DNA of 64,000 bases. Origin: Cenococcum geophilum. Lineage: Eukaryota. The position numbers and the translations under genes are program-made. The notes below the pieces were generated by a model. That model had not been told where the DNA came from, did no database searches, and was given only the letters and a program-made list of their open reading frames with translations. Shown one piece after another: positions 50,201 through 63,400 of the stretch (positions are counted from its first letter, which is position 1; each line of letters starts with the position of its first letter). The stretch lies in the NCBI GenBank assembly GCA_050273025.1, contig CP158635.1:23684001-23748000 (forward strand), read 5' to 3'.

Positions 50201-53200
50201 ATTATAATATTAAAAGATCTAAAGGAGTAATTAGAGGACTAGAGAAGCGAAAGGCGAATTTTAGTACCCGTGAATAAAGTCGCAACGCTTAGATTAATAT
50301 AAGGAAGGTTTAAACTCTAGGATGAAGACGAACCGAGAGTTAACCTAAGACATTAAGTATATTATATACTATTGTGAATAGCATACGTGGATAATGCGTG
50401 TAATATATATAGAGCACTAAAAGATAAAAATCGGAAGTATCTAATAAGGATATATTGGATGACGGACGAGGCGAAGTATTAAAACGCTAAGTATATATAT
50501 AGTTAGCACCTAGTAGAAGTTTAAGAATAAGGGGACTTAATACTTTAACTAGGAAGATTCCTTACGGAAGAATACCTAGACGGATAATAATGGTAGGAAT
50601 GTCTATGTTTATGGCATATTAAAGATAAAAAACAAACTAAGTATTGGCCTAAGTTGGACTAAGTATAAACAGGATCTAGTAGCTAATAGTTAGGAAAAGT
50701 AGAGGCCTATAGGACTAGAGGGAGCCAGTGGTAAAGCCTTAGACCCTTAAAGGAATTTAAGGACGATACCTAAATTTATAAGTTAAATGGCAAGATTAAC
50801 AGTTCGAGGTATTAATAGATAGTAGAGCAATAAGAAACCATATCTCGCTAGTAGCAGTTAAAAGAATGGGGTTACTATATAGGCAAAAGGAACGTCCTTA
50901 CCTATTAGTGACAATTTTAGGAGATCCGATAGCCTATAGAGGAGGCATTATTAATCTTAAAATAGGACCTATTTAGCTAACCATTAAAGGAAGGTAAGTT
51001 AAGATGTCTTTTAATATATTACTATTAGGAAATAATAAGGCAGTATTAGGAATGCCTTAATTATAGGAATATAATCTAAAGATCAATTAGATTATAGGTT
51101 AGGTTAATATTAGAGATATATAATGATATAAAATGCGATAATAAACTAAGTTAGTATAGTACTAAGTTAGAGCGACATATAAGGAGACTAATTAAGAATT
51201 AAGCCATGTACTAAAAAGATACTATAAGTATAGCAAAAAGCTATGGTTACTAGAAAGCGAAAAGCTGTTAGATTATATAGCATGGGACTATAAGATAGAA
51301 TTAGAACTAGGAATAAGTTTAAGGTTCTACCCAACTTATAAGTTAATAGAAAAAGAGTTATAAGCACTTAAGGAGTTTGTCTAGGAAAATCTTTAAAAAG
51401 GATATATTAGACCATTATAGTTATTAGCGGGATATCTAGTACTGTTCGTACCAAAGAAGAATAGAAAACTTAGACTATATATTAACTATAAACAGTTAAA
51501 CAGCATTACTAGAAAGAATAGGTATCTTTTACCCTTAATTAGCGAAATCTAAGATAGGATTAGTAATATATAAATCTTTACAAAGATAGATCTGAGATAG
51601 GCGTACCATTAGATTAGAATTAAGGAAGGCGATAAATGGAAGGCAGCCTTTAGGTTAAAGGAAGGATTGTATAAACCATTAGTTATGCAATTTAGGCTTA
51701 TAAACGCACTAGCAACGTTTTAGAAGCGTATTAACAATATATTAAGAGAATATTTGGATAAATTTGTTATAGTATACCTTAACAACATTATTATCTACTT
51801 AATAAGTAAGGAAAAACATGGAGAACACGTTAAATAGGTTTTAAAGAGACTATAAGAAGAACAGATACTAGTAGCAATTAAGAAATGCAAGTTCTTTACT
51901 AAGAAGACCGATTTCGTTAGATTTATTATTAAACTAGGCTAACTTAGTATAGATTTAAAGAAGATCGAGGCTATAGTAAATTGGCAAGAACTAGAAAATG
52001 TAACACAGTTAAGGTTATTTTTAGGGTTTTGTAATTACTGTAGAAGGTTTATAGCTTAATAGTTAAAGGATATTAAGCTACTTACGAGATTAACAAAGAA
52101 GGAAGAACTATGGATATAGGGAGAGGAATAAAAGAAACTATTTAAGAAGATTAAATAGCTGTTTACCTAGGAGCCAGTTCTTAAAATCTATTAACTATAG
52201 TTAGAGACAGTGGTTAAAACGGATGTATTAGACTATACACTAGGAGCGTGCTTTTTATAAAAATATTAAGATAGATGGCACCTAGTGGTATATTATAGTT
52301 AAAAGATAATACTACCGGAACTAAACTATAACATCTATAATAAGGAGTTATTAGGTATAGTTATAGTACTAAAGGAATAGAGATTATTTTTATAAGGTAT
52401 AGAAGAACTATTTATAGTTAAGACGGATTATAAGAACCTAACGGGGTTCCTAATAACGAAAGAACTTAATTATAGATAGGTTAGATAGGTAGAGATACTT
52501 ATAAAATACTATTTTAAGATTTAATATACTAAGGGTATAGAGAATATACAAGTAGATGCTCTAAGCAGAAAGGCTAAACTATAAAATAATAAAAAGCCAT
52601 TAGGGGCTTTATTGCGAAAGGATATAGATAGATTGATTAGGTATAATTATCTAAAGATTACGGTAATATAAGAAGAGAAAACCTATAAATTACTAGAAAG
52701 TAATTAAATATAAAAAATCCTAAAAGCATAAATAGAGGATTTAGACTTAGAGTAGTATAAAAATTAAGAAGTGATATACGTACTAAGATCTATTATAAAA
52801 GAGTTTATTAAGTTATTTTATAAAGGACTAACTTAAGGACACAACGGAGCTATAGGCTTAGTGTTAAGACTTTAAAAGAAGTACATTATTAATAGAATTT
52901 AGGAACTAGCTAGGTAAGTTATAAAAGAATATCTAGATTACTAAAGGAATAAACTAATAAGGTATAAGCCGTATGGAGGGCTATAACCTATTAAAATACT
53001 AGAGAGACTATAGGAGGTTATATTATAGGACTTTATTATTAAGTTACTAAAGTTAAGAAACCCTATTACTGGATAAGATTATAACGCGATCTTAGTAATA
53101 ATAGATAAGCTTATAAAGTGGGGATACTTTATAGCATATACAGAAGAAATCTTAGCAGGAGATATCGCTAGAATTTATATTAAAGAAGTGTTTATAAGAT

Positions 53201-55209
53201 ATAAAGCACTAAGTAAAATTATATTGGATAGAGATCTAAGATTTATAGCAGCATTTTAGAAAGTATTTTTAGCAAAGCAAAAAGTTTAAGTAGTAACTTC
53301 TACTATATATTATCTATAGACAGACGGTTAAACGGAAAGATTAAATTAGACACTAGAATAGTATCTAAGGCATTATATTAATTATGCATAAAATAATTGG
53401 GTATTACTATTACCAGTTATACAGTTTATATATAATATAACACTATAAGAAGGAATAGGTACGTTACTATTTAAGGCGAATTACAGATATAAGCTAAAAA
53501 CCTTATTATCGCTATAATAAGTAAAGAAGATAAGTAGTATAGCCAGGTAAAGAATAAAGAGTTTAATAAATCTTTATGCAGACCTTACGGAAATAGCTAA
53601 GGTGGTACAGTAAAGGATAAAAAAGTACTATAATGCTAAGAGATCTAAGGGACTAGATCTTAAGGAGGGAGATAAAGTATGGCTACTATATAAAAATTTT
53701 AAGAGTTAATAACTAAGTAAGAAGTTAGACTACGTTAGACTAGGACCTTTTAAAATTATATAAAGAATTTCACTAGTTATATTTAAGTTAAACCTACTAG
53801 CTAGAATAAAGATCTACCCTATATAGTATATCGCAATGCTAAAGCTAGTATATAGGAATGTTAAGCTGCTAACCTATAAGGCAGACATGTATAGAGGACG
53901 AGAAGAAGACAAATAGTAAGTTTTAAAGATCGTTAATTATAAGGACGTAGACAATAAAATATAATACGAAGTAAAGTAAATAGGCTATAATAAGACTACC
54001 TAGGAGCTACTAAAGAACCTAAAGAACGCTATAGGAAAGGTATAGGAGTATTAGAAGAGAAAAGGTTAGGCAATATTAATAAAGAGGAATCGCTAAAAAA
54101 TAAGTTACCTAAGGGGGACCTAGGAAGAGCGACTGCCAAACTACTTAGAGTTATTTTCTTCTCTATTAGAAGAGAATCCGTTTTTTTATTACTAAGTTCC
54201 TATAGACCTTATTTTATAAGTTTCTACTCTTTTAAACGAACCTTCTTACGCACTTTCTTAAGACAAAGTAGATAGGTAGACGCCGTAATATAAGTATCTA
54301 AAGCTTTCTATTCCGTATTCTAAGAATGCTTAAGTTTAGTAAGGGCCTACGCTAGGTTACTATTAAGCTTTATAGTAGCAAATTAAATATAAGACCCTAT
54401 AATAAATTACTTAGGGAACTTAGAGACTATTAAGAGTTATAAAACGCGCATATTTAGCGTTAGAAGTAGAGTGAATATTGCAAGATAATTAAACGTTTAC
54501 TTTAGTGCACTTTAAATAAGAAAAGGGTTGCCAAGATAAAGGACTCGCTACCGCAATATATACTAGCCCCTCTTTTAAGTAATAAGAACACGGAGATAGC
54601 ATTATTTTACTAAGCAACAAAATTACAGTAATAGTGCGAGCACGACGTTACGCGTATAAAGAAGAAGGTGCTTTAGGTATTATAAGTAACAATATTAACC
54701 AAATTAATTAGACGGACATTATACCTCTAGTAAATAACTTGGAGATACTAGGAATCTTTAAGGATAAAGATAGAGAGGAGGGAGATAGTGTTACGGACGC
54801 TTTAAATACGATGTTATAACTACTTAGAGAGAAGTCGGAAGAAGCTAGTTAGTTAATATAAGCACGGTTTAGGATAGAACCTATGGAACTATGTAATAAG
54901 GAATAGTAGCTAAGGTTATATAAGGTGCTACGTAAGGAACGCAAGGAACGAAGGGAACTTACGTACCTTATATATAACACGTACATTACGTATAAGAAGG
55001 ATTTTATAGGAGTATAGTTATGTATTTAAGGACCCTTAGTCCCTACCTAGATAGTTCCTTCCTTATAGTAATTCTTAGAATATAATTAAAGTTAATCTAT
55101 TAGGCAACCACTCTACCAGTTATTATTACATTATTGACTTACTTGCAATACCTATATACCTAGCCCATTAATAAGTCCACCGTAGTTCTTACTATAAGGC
55201 TCCGTTACA
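47211..55209 (+). mobile_element. Ty3/Gypsy chromovirus B2 (inner, ~8.0 kb, RIPped)
   Basis: 421-bp LTRs at 47211-47631 and 54789-55209; TSD ATATA. RT VYLNNIIIY (~51775), RNase H, integrase and chromodomain (~53915-54060). Confidence 0.95.
54100..54680 (-). pseudogene. Antisense Cys-rich accessory ORF of Gypsy B2
   Basis: IPKAPSS...SPCSYYLKEGLVYIAVASP...SYLKCTKVNV*LSC; the Tyr codons are consistent with RIPped Cys. 3' end approximate. Confidence 0.6.
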
Positions 55210-58200
55210 ATATATATAGAGCATTAAAGGACAAAAATTAAAAGTATCTAATAAGAATATATTGGATAATAGATAAGGCGAAGTATTAAAATGCTAAGTA
55301 TATACATAGTTGGCACCTAGTGGAAGTTTAAGAATAAGGAGACTTAACACTTTAACTAGGAAGATTCCTTACGGAAGAATGCCTAGATGGACAACAATGG
55401 TGGGAATGTTTAGAGAACACCTATTTATAGTATATTAAAGATAAAAAATAAACTAAGTATTAGCTTAAGTTAGACTAAGTATAAATAGGATCTAGCAGCT
55501 AATAGTTAGGAAAAGTAGAGGCCTACGGGACCAGAGGGAGCTAGTGGTAGAGCCTTAGACCCTTAAAGGAATTTAAGGATAATACCTAAATTTACGAGTT
55601 AAATGGTAAGATTAATAGTTTAAGGCATTAATAGATAGTGAAGCAACAAGAAACTATATCTCGCTAATAGTAGTTAAAAGAATGGGGTTACTATATAGGC
55701 AAAAGGAACGTTCTTACCTATTAGTAATAATCTTAGGAGATCCGATAGCCTACGGAGGAGGCATTATTAATCTTAAAATAGGACCTATTTAGACAACCAT
55801 TAAAGGGAGACAAATTGAGATGTCTTTCGATATATTACCATTAGGGAATAATAAGGCAGTATTAGGAATGCCTTAGTTATAGGAATATAATCCAAAGATT
55901 AATTAGGTTACAGGTTAGGTCGATATTAGAGATACTTAACGCCGTAAGATGTAATAATAAGCCAAGTTGGTATGGTACTAAGTAGGAGCGACCTACAAAG
56001 AAACGGAAAAAGGGCTAAGCTATATACTAAAGAGATACTATAAGTATAATAAGAAACTATAGTCACCTAAGAGTGAAAAGCTGTTAGAATACGCAGCATA
56101 GAACTATAAAATAGAATTAGAACTAGGAATAAGTCTAAGGTTCTTTTTAATCTATAAGCTTACTAAAGAAAAAGGGAGAGCATTAAAGGAGTTTGTCCAG
56201 GAAAATCTTTAAAAAGGATATATTAGACTATCGTAGTTATTAGTAGGTTATCTAGTACTGTTTATACTAAAGAAGAATGGCAAACTAAGGCTATGTATCG
56301 ACTATAGATAGTTAAACAGCATTACCAGAAAGGATAGGTATCCTTTATCCTTAATTAGCGAGATTTAAGATAGGATCGGCAACGCGCAAATCTTTATAAA
56401 GATAGATTTAAGATGGGCGTACTATTAGATTAGGATTAAGGAAGGCAACGAATAGAAGGCAGCCTTTAGGTTAAAGGAAGGACTGTATAAACCATTGGTT
56501 ATATAATTCGGGCTTATAAATGCACTAGCAACGTTTTAGAAGCGTATTAATAATATATTAGGAGAACATTTAGATAAATTTGTTATGGTATACCTTAACG
56601 ATATTATTATCTACTTAATAAACGAAGAGGAACATAGAGAACACGTTAAATAGGTCTTAAGGAGACTACAAAAAGAACAGATGCTAGTAGTAATTAAGAA
56701 ATACAAGTTCTTTACCAGGAAGACCAATTTTGTTAGATTTATTATTAAACTAGGCCAACTTAGTATAGATCTAAAGAAGATTAAGGCTATAGTAAATTGG
56801 TAAGAACTAGAGAACGTTATACAGTTAAGATCGTTCCTAGGATTTTGTAATTACTGCAGAAGGTTTATAGCGCAATAGTTAAAGGATATTAAACCATTTA
56901 CGCGATTAACGAAGAAAGAAGAACTATAGGTATGGGGAGAGGAACAGTAAGAACTCTTTAAGATAGTTAAAGGGTTATTTACCCAGGAGCTAGTTCTTAA
57001 GATCTATTAACTAGGACTAGAGACGGTTGTAGAAATAGATATATTAGACTTTATACTAGGAGTATATTTTATATAAAAGCACCTAGATAGATAGCATCTA
57101 GTAGCATATTATAGTCGGAAGATAACACTACTAGAGTTAAACTATAACATCTATAACAAAGAGTTATTAGGTATAGTTATAGCGCTAAAGGAATAAAGAG
57201 TATTCTTATAAGGTATAGAGAAACCATTTATGGTTAAAATAGATTATAAGAACCTAACAGAATTCCTAACGACAAAGGAACTTAACTAAAGATAGGTTAG
57301 ATGGGTAGAGATACTTACAGAATACTATTTTGAGATTTAGTATACTAAGGGTACAGATAACACGTGAGCTAATGCGTTAAGTTAAAAGGCTAAATTACAA
57401 AATGACAATAAGCCATTAGGGGCTTTACTGCGAAAAGACATAGATAGACTAATTAGGTACAATTATCTAAAAATCGCAGCAACTTAAGAGAATAAGTTAG
57501 AAAAAGTCTACGAGATACTAGAAAGCTTTTAGGCATAAAGAATTCTAAAAGCACAGCTAAAAGATCTATAGTTAGATATATACGAAAATTAAGAAGTAAA
57601 GTATATCCTAAAAAGTATAGCAGAACAGTTTATAGAAGACTTCTATAAGGGACTAACTTAAGGATATAACAGAGCTACGGGCTTAGTGTTAAGACTCTAG
57701 GAGGAGTATATTATTAATAGAATCTAGAGAATAGCTAGAAGGGTTACTAGAGAGTATTTAGATTGCTAAAGAAACAAACTAATAAGATATAAGCCGTATA
57801 GAAAACTATAACCTATTAAAATACCAGAGAGACCATAGGAGGTTATATTATAGGACTTTATTATTAAGTTACTAAAGTTAAGAGATCCTATTACCGGACA
57901 AGATTATAACACGATTTTAGTAATAGTAGATAAGCTTACAAAGTGGGGATACTTTATAGCCTGTACGGAAGAAATCTTAGCGGAAGATGTCGCTAAAATC
58001 TATATTAAAGAAGTGTTCGCAAAACATGGAGCACTAAGTAAGATTATATTGGATAGAGATCTAAGATTTATAGCAGTATTCTAGGAAGTATTCTTAGCAG
58101 AGCAAGGAGTTTAAGCAGCAACTTCTACCGCATATTATCCGCAGATAGATATTTAAACGGAAAGATTAAACTAGATACTAGAGCAGTATCTAAGGCACTA

Positions 58201-58919
58201 TATTAATTACGCATAAAATAATTGGGTATTGCTATTACTAGTTATATAGTTTGCATATAATATAACACCCTAAGAAGGAATAGGTACGTTATTATTTAAG
58301 GCGAATTATGGATATAAGCCAAGAATATTATTATCGCTATATTAAGTAAAGAAAACGAGTAGCAAAGCTAAGTAAAGGATAAAGACTTTAATAAATCTTT
58401 ATACAAACCTTACGGAAACAGCTAAGGCAGTATAGTAAAGAATAAAAAAGTACTACGATGCTAAGAGATCTAAGGGACTAGATCTTAAGGAGAGAGATAA
58501 AGTATAGCTACTATATAAAAATTTTAAGAGTTGACGACTAAGCAAGAAGTTGGACTATGTTAGACTAGGACCTTTCGAAATTATATAGAAAATTTCACTG
58601 GTTACGTTTAAGTTAAACCTACCAGCTAGGATAAAGATCTACCCTATATAGCATATTATGATGCTAGAGCCAGTATATAGGAACGTTAAGCTATTAGTTT
58701 ATAAGGTAGACACATATAAAGGTTAGGAAGAAGATAAATAGCAAGTTTTAAAGATTATTAGTTATAAGGACGTAAACGATAAAATATAGTACGAAGTAAA
58801 GTAAATAGGCTACGATAAGACTACCTAGGAGCTATTAGAGAACCTAAAGAACGTTATAGGAAAGGTACAGGAGTATCAGAAGAAAAAAGGTTAGGCAATA
58901 TTAATAAAGAGGAATCGCT

Positions 58920-59505
58920 AAAGAACGAGTTACCTAAGGGGGACCTAGGAAGAGCGACTGCCGAACTACTTAGAGTTATTTCCTTCTCCGTTAGAAGAGA
59001 ATCCGTTCTTTTATTACTAAGTTCCTGCAAACCTTATTAAATAAGTTTTTACTCCTTTAAACAAACCTTTTTACGGACACGTTCTAAACGCTAAAGATGA
59101 GTATAAGCTAGACGCTAAGCTTTAAGGGCACGTGCGGACTCTTCTAAGGCATATTAGACCGTAAGCAGCGCCAAGAATAGCTTACTATTAAGCTTTGTAG
59201 CGGCAGATTAAATACGAGACCCTATAATAAATTACTTAGGGAACTTAGAGACTATTAAGAGTTATAGGACGCGTATACTTAGCGTTAGAAATTAAGCGAA
59301 TATCGCAAGATAATTAAACGTTTACTTTAGTATACTCTAAATAAGAGGAAGGTTGCTAAGATAAAGGACTCGCTAACGCAATATATACTAACCCCTCTTT
59401 TAAGCAATAAGAACACGGAGATGGCATTATTTCACCAAGCGATAGTATAGAAGAGACTATACGCGTACAACGAAAAGTTAAAGAAGAAGAAGGTGCTTTA
59501 GGCAT
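58920..59505 (-). pseudogene. Antisense Cys-rich accessory ORF of Gypsy B1
   Basis: MPKAPSS...GEIMPSPCSYCLKEGLVYIALASP...SSYLEYTKVNV*LSCD. 3' end approximate. Confidence 0.6.
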
Positions 59506-60405
59506 TATAAGTAATAATATTAACTAAATTAATTAGACAGATATTATACCTCTAGTAAATAACTTAAAGATATTAGGTATCTTTAAGGACAAAGATAGAG
59601 AGGAGGGAGATAGTGTTACGAACGCTTTAAGTACAATATTACGACTACTTAGAGAGAAGTTAAAAGAAGCTAGTTGGTTAATATAAGCACGGTTTAGGAT
59701 GGAACCCGTAAAACCATATAATAAGGAATAGTAAGTAGAGTCACGTAATGTAATTTATATAATCTATATAATCTGCAAAATCTATAATAGAGCGAATAGA
59801 GCAAATAAAGTAGATAGAGTAACGACTTTCTTAGGAGTACGGTTGTATATTTAAGGACCCTTAGTCCCTACCTAGATAGTTCTTTCCTTGTAGTGATTCT
59901 TAGAATATAATTAGAGTTAATCTGTTAGGCAACTACTCCACTAGTTGTTATTACGTTGTTAACTACTATCTTTACATTTCCTACACACCTAGCCTATTGA
60001 TAGAACCCATTGTAGTTTCTGCTATAAGGTTCCGTTATATATATAATTAAATAGTTAGGGGCTTAGTGGTCGATACGTGCGTATATACGCACGCGGTCTT
60101 TGACGGACTTTAGTAAAATTTAATTAATCTAGCAGAATTTAGCAGAAGTTAATTAAGCTAGTAGAATTCGGCAGAATTTGGTTAAAGCGTCGGAATTTAT
60201 CTGTTGAGTGTTTCACTAAGACATTTCTACTATAACTAGGCTAGTCCCGTTATATACTTAAAGGTCTTTATTAATAAAGGCGTTAATACCTAAATCTTTA
60301 GTAGAGAGGGAGGAGGAGCTGGCTTTAAGGCTTTAGATAAAATAGAAAGAGCAGCTAGCTATAAAAGGCCAGCTTAATTAGAACATATAATTATCTAATC
60401 GATAG

Positions 60406-63400
60406 TGTCACCGGTAAGTAAAAGGTAAGTTAAAGGTAAATAGAAGGTAAGTTAAAGGTAGAATAAGTTTTACGTATTAAAGGATAAATGCTTCTAACCA
60501 CTTCTATTTAGAGACTAATCGCTAGTTCTTCTCTAGAGGAGAACTAGCTCCCTATATAATCTTTCTAAGACGCTAGTAAAACCCTTTACCCCTTATCTAT
60601 CTAACCGTGTCTTCTGGGACGTAGATGGAATATAGGTGAGACCTCCTTCTAGAATATAGATAAGACCTCCTTCTGGAACATAGATAAGACCTCCTTCTGT
60701 CTTATCTAATATATACCTTCTAGGGAATTCCGTTATAATTGCCTCCCCTTTAAGGGTCTTAGTCCTCTAAGACTTCGCCTCTACTAAGCTTTTATAAAGT
60801 TCCGGCTAAAACCACTAGGGAAATTCTTAGTGGAAAGGTACTTTATAATGCGGCTTATAGCTAGTTCTTTACTAGCGTAGAACCTTACTTTGTCCTTAGT
60901 TCCTCTACTCTTTTCCCACTATAGTTCCCTATAATGCCTTTATAATAGAACTAAAATAATAATAATAAAAATTAGATAGGATTCACCTTTCTTATTATAA
61001 GAGTTTATTATAAGTTAATCTAGAGGTTATCCTATACAACACATCTACGAGCCACTATCCCTATTTACCTAAAATGGATTCTAATAATAACGTCTTTATT
61101 TTAATTTTCTTCCAGTTTATAAGCTGTCGCCTCTTACGCGTCTTTTTGTTAATAACACCATTTATCTTATCTTTTAGTAGACTATTTCCTCTATATCTCC
61201 GCTTTTAGCTTCTATATCTCCAGCTATTCTTTTATAGCTGCTTTATTCTTTTCTTGTAATATGTTTATAAGCAATAGGATCCCTACCTTATCTTCTTATA
61301 ATAATGCTAACTTCTTAGAGTATTCTCTTATAATGGCTCGTGGTCCCTAGACCGGCGGCAGTGTTATTAATCTCCCGGTGATGCCCTAGATAGTGTCTGT
61401 TGCTTTTACAGCAGTTTCCCTAAAATACTATTGTCGCTGCGTTTATACTCTTACGTAGGATCCTTCCCACGTCTATAAAATGCCTCGCTTTAGCAAAAAC
61501 AAATCTAAGTGCTCCTATTATTGTAGTAGGAGAAAGACCTGCGTCTTGGTATTTCCCATTCCGTCCTATTCTAGATTTCGCTAATTATGCTAGATCCCTG
61601 CTATCTATGCATATAAGACTCGTAGGCTCTAACGCGCTATCTAAGATTTCCGTTAATATCCTAATAGTGACAGGCGGGGATAGAAGGTGTCTTCCCTTGC
61701 TCGCAGACTCTTTAATTCTATAAGGGTTTTTACTGCTGTAGAGACGCAATGTTCTCGGACATATAGTGTTTAGGAGCATATGTGCGAACAGCTCGTCCTT
61801 ATTAATAATAACATTCGTACTCTTACGCGGGCTACTTTAGCTAGGTGAGTTTCTCTAGTAACTCGCTTAGGAACTGTACTAACTCCTTTAGCTAATATCT
61901 CTTTAATCCCTACTTGGACGCCAATTTAGAACCTAGGGATACTAAAGATAGTAATAAAGGTTAAGATGAACATTCTCCTTACCAGTCTCCCGCCTATGCT
62001 AGTCCTTCCAGTACCCGTTGTTCTAAGAAGAATATTAGTAGAAGTGCTAATACTTCTAGGGATAGAGAAGCCAATAATACCGTTAATAATAACGTTAAGA
62101 TGGAAGAGGAGGCTTCTGTTGCTGCTGCTGGTGTTTAAGTTATTACCTAGCTCTTTTTTTCTTATAGAATAGCTTTATATAATGCCTCTTGGGTGCCTCT
62201 AGGATGCCCTATTATTGGGAATTAACTTTATACTTTAGGGATGCCTTTATTCTAAGCTTTGGTAACAATCCATATAAACGCAGTATACTACTATAATCCC
62301 TATATATAATAAACGGGTAATATTCCTATAGGTGCCTTATAATTCCTTAAAATTTCTAATTCTTTATAGGCTGTCCTTTTGCTCCTCTTTATACTATTAA
62401 CTCTACTGTATATCTCTAGTGCCAGGCTAAATACTCTTTTTTTATCCCTAGGGGATCTTACTAAATCCCCGAGGCCACTTCTTATGGTACTACTACTTCT
62501 TCTTATATAGCGTCTTCTTTAAATAGTATCCTTAGTGGTTCTCCTATAAATCCCTATAGGCTTCCTCTTATAGGATTCTAGGATCCCTATTATAATGGCG
62601 AAACGTTTCCGTTCTTAATACCTATACTTAATTCTATGGTTTTAATTTATAGGGTCTTCCCTATTGCTTTACCTGTGGTATATCCGGAACCATTTCTAAG
62701 TCTTTACCTTTAGTTCTTAGGAAGGTTTTAATTACGGTGTTGTATCCCAGCTAAAGGTACTCCTTAGGTTTCTAACTGTTATACGCCTAAGAGTATCCTT
62801 CCTAATGAACTAAAAATTCGCGCTTTTTCTGGCGCCATCTTTAGTCTAGAATGTCTTCTATATTCCATTCTAGTTCCCTATTAATTTCGCTAGGTAGGGG
62901 CGGTTCCGCACTATCTCTTCTCTAGTATAGCTTTAGTAAAGAAACATAAAATATAAGATGTATTAAATAAGATTTCGGTAATTCCAATTCGTAGGCTTAG
63001 TTTTCTTTAGTTTTCTTAACTATTTTAAAGGGTCCGAGCTACCGGTAATCCAGCTTCTTCTTAATGCGTTTTATTTAGATATTTTTTATAAATAGTAAGA
63101 CTTCGTCTCCTATCTCGAATTCTTTTAGCATATATTTTTTGTTATAGTACCTTTTTTATACGGCCTAGGCGTTTAGCAAGTGCTTTTTAAGTTCCTTTCT
63201 ACGAATTCTTATTTGCTTAATTCTTTCGGACGCCGCCGGTGCCTCTCTTTTAGGAACGATGTCCTTAACGTTTTAGGGGTTATTTGCTTTTACCCCAAAT
63301 AATGCTTTATAAGGGGTCATTTTTATACTGCTATAGATGCTTATATTATATACGTGCTACGCCAAAGCTAACTACAATGTCTAATTATCCTGTTAATAAT

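Larger units (their letters stand above)
44231..60039 (+). mobile_element. Ty3/Gypsy chromovirus B1 (outer, RIPped)
   Basis: 426-bp LTRs at 44231-44656 and 59614-60039; TSD TATAT; PPT GAGAGGAGGGAGATAG. gag from ~44703. RT VYLNDIIIY (~56590), integrase and chromodomain (~58740-58880). Confidence 0.95.
23177..60254 (-). mobile_element. Ty3/Gypsy chromovirus A (RIPped), host of the nested insertions
   Basis: TSD TACTT at 23172-23176 and 60255-60259. Intact 3' LTR 23177-23520 with adjacent PPT. 5' LTR split into 30129-30210, ~44179-44230 and ~60045-60254. Minus-strand gag-pol 30120-23700 includes RT FVTAYINNILIYS (YIDD, ~27600), RNase H, integrase and chromodomain WKGY (~23920). Confidence 0.93.
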
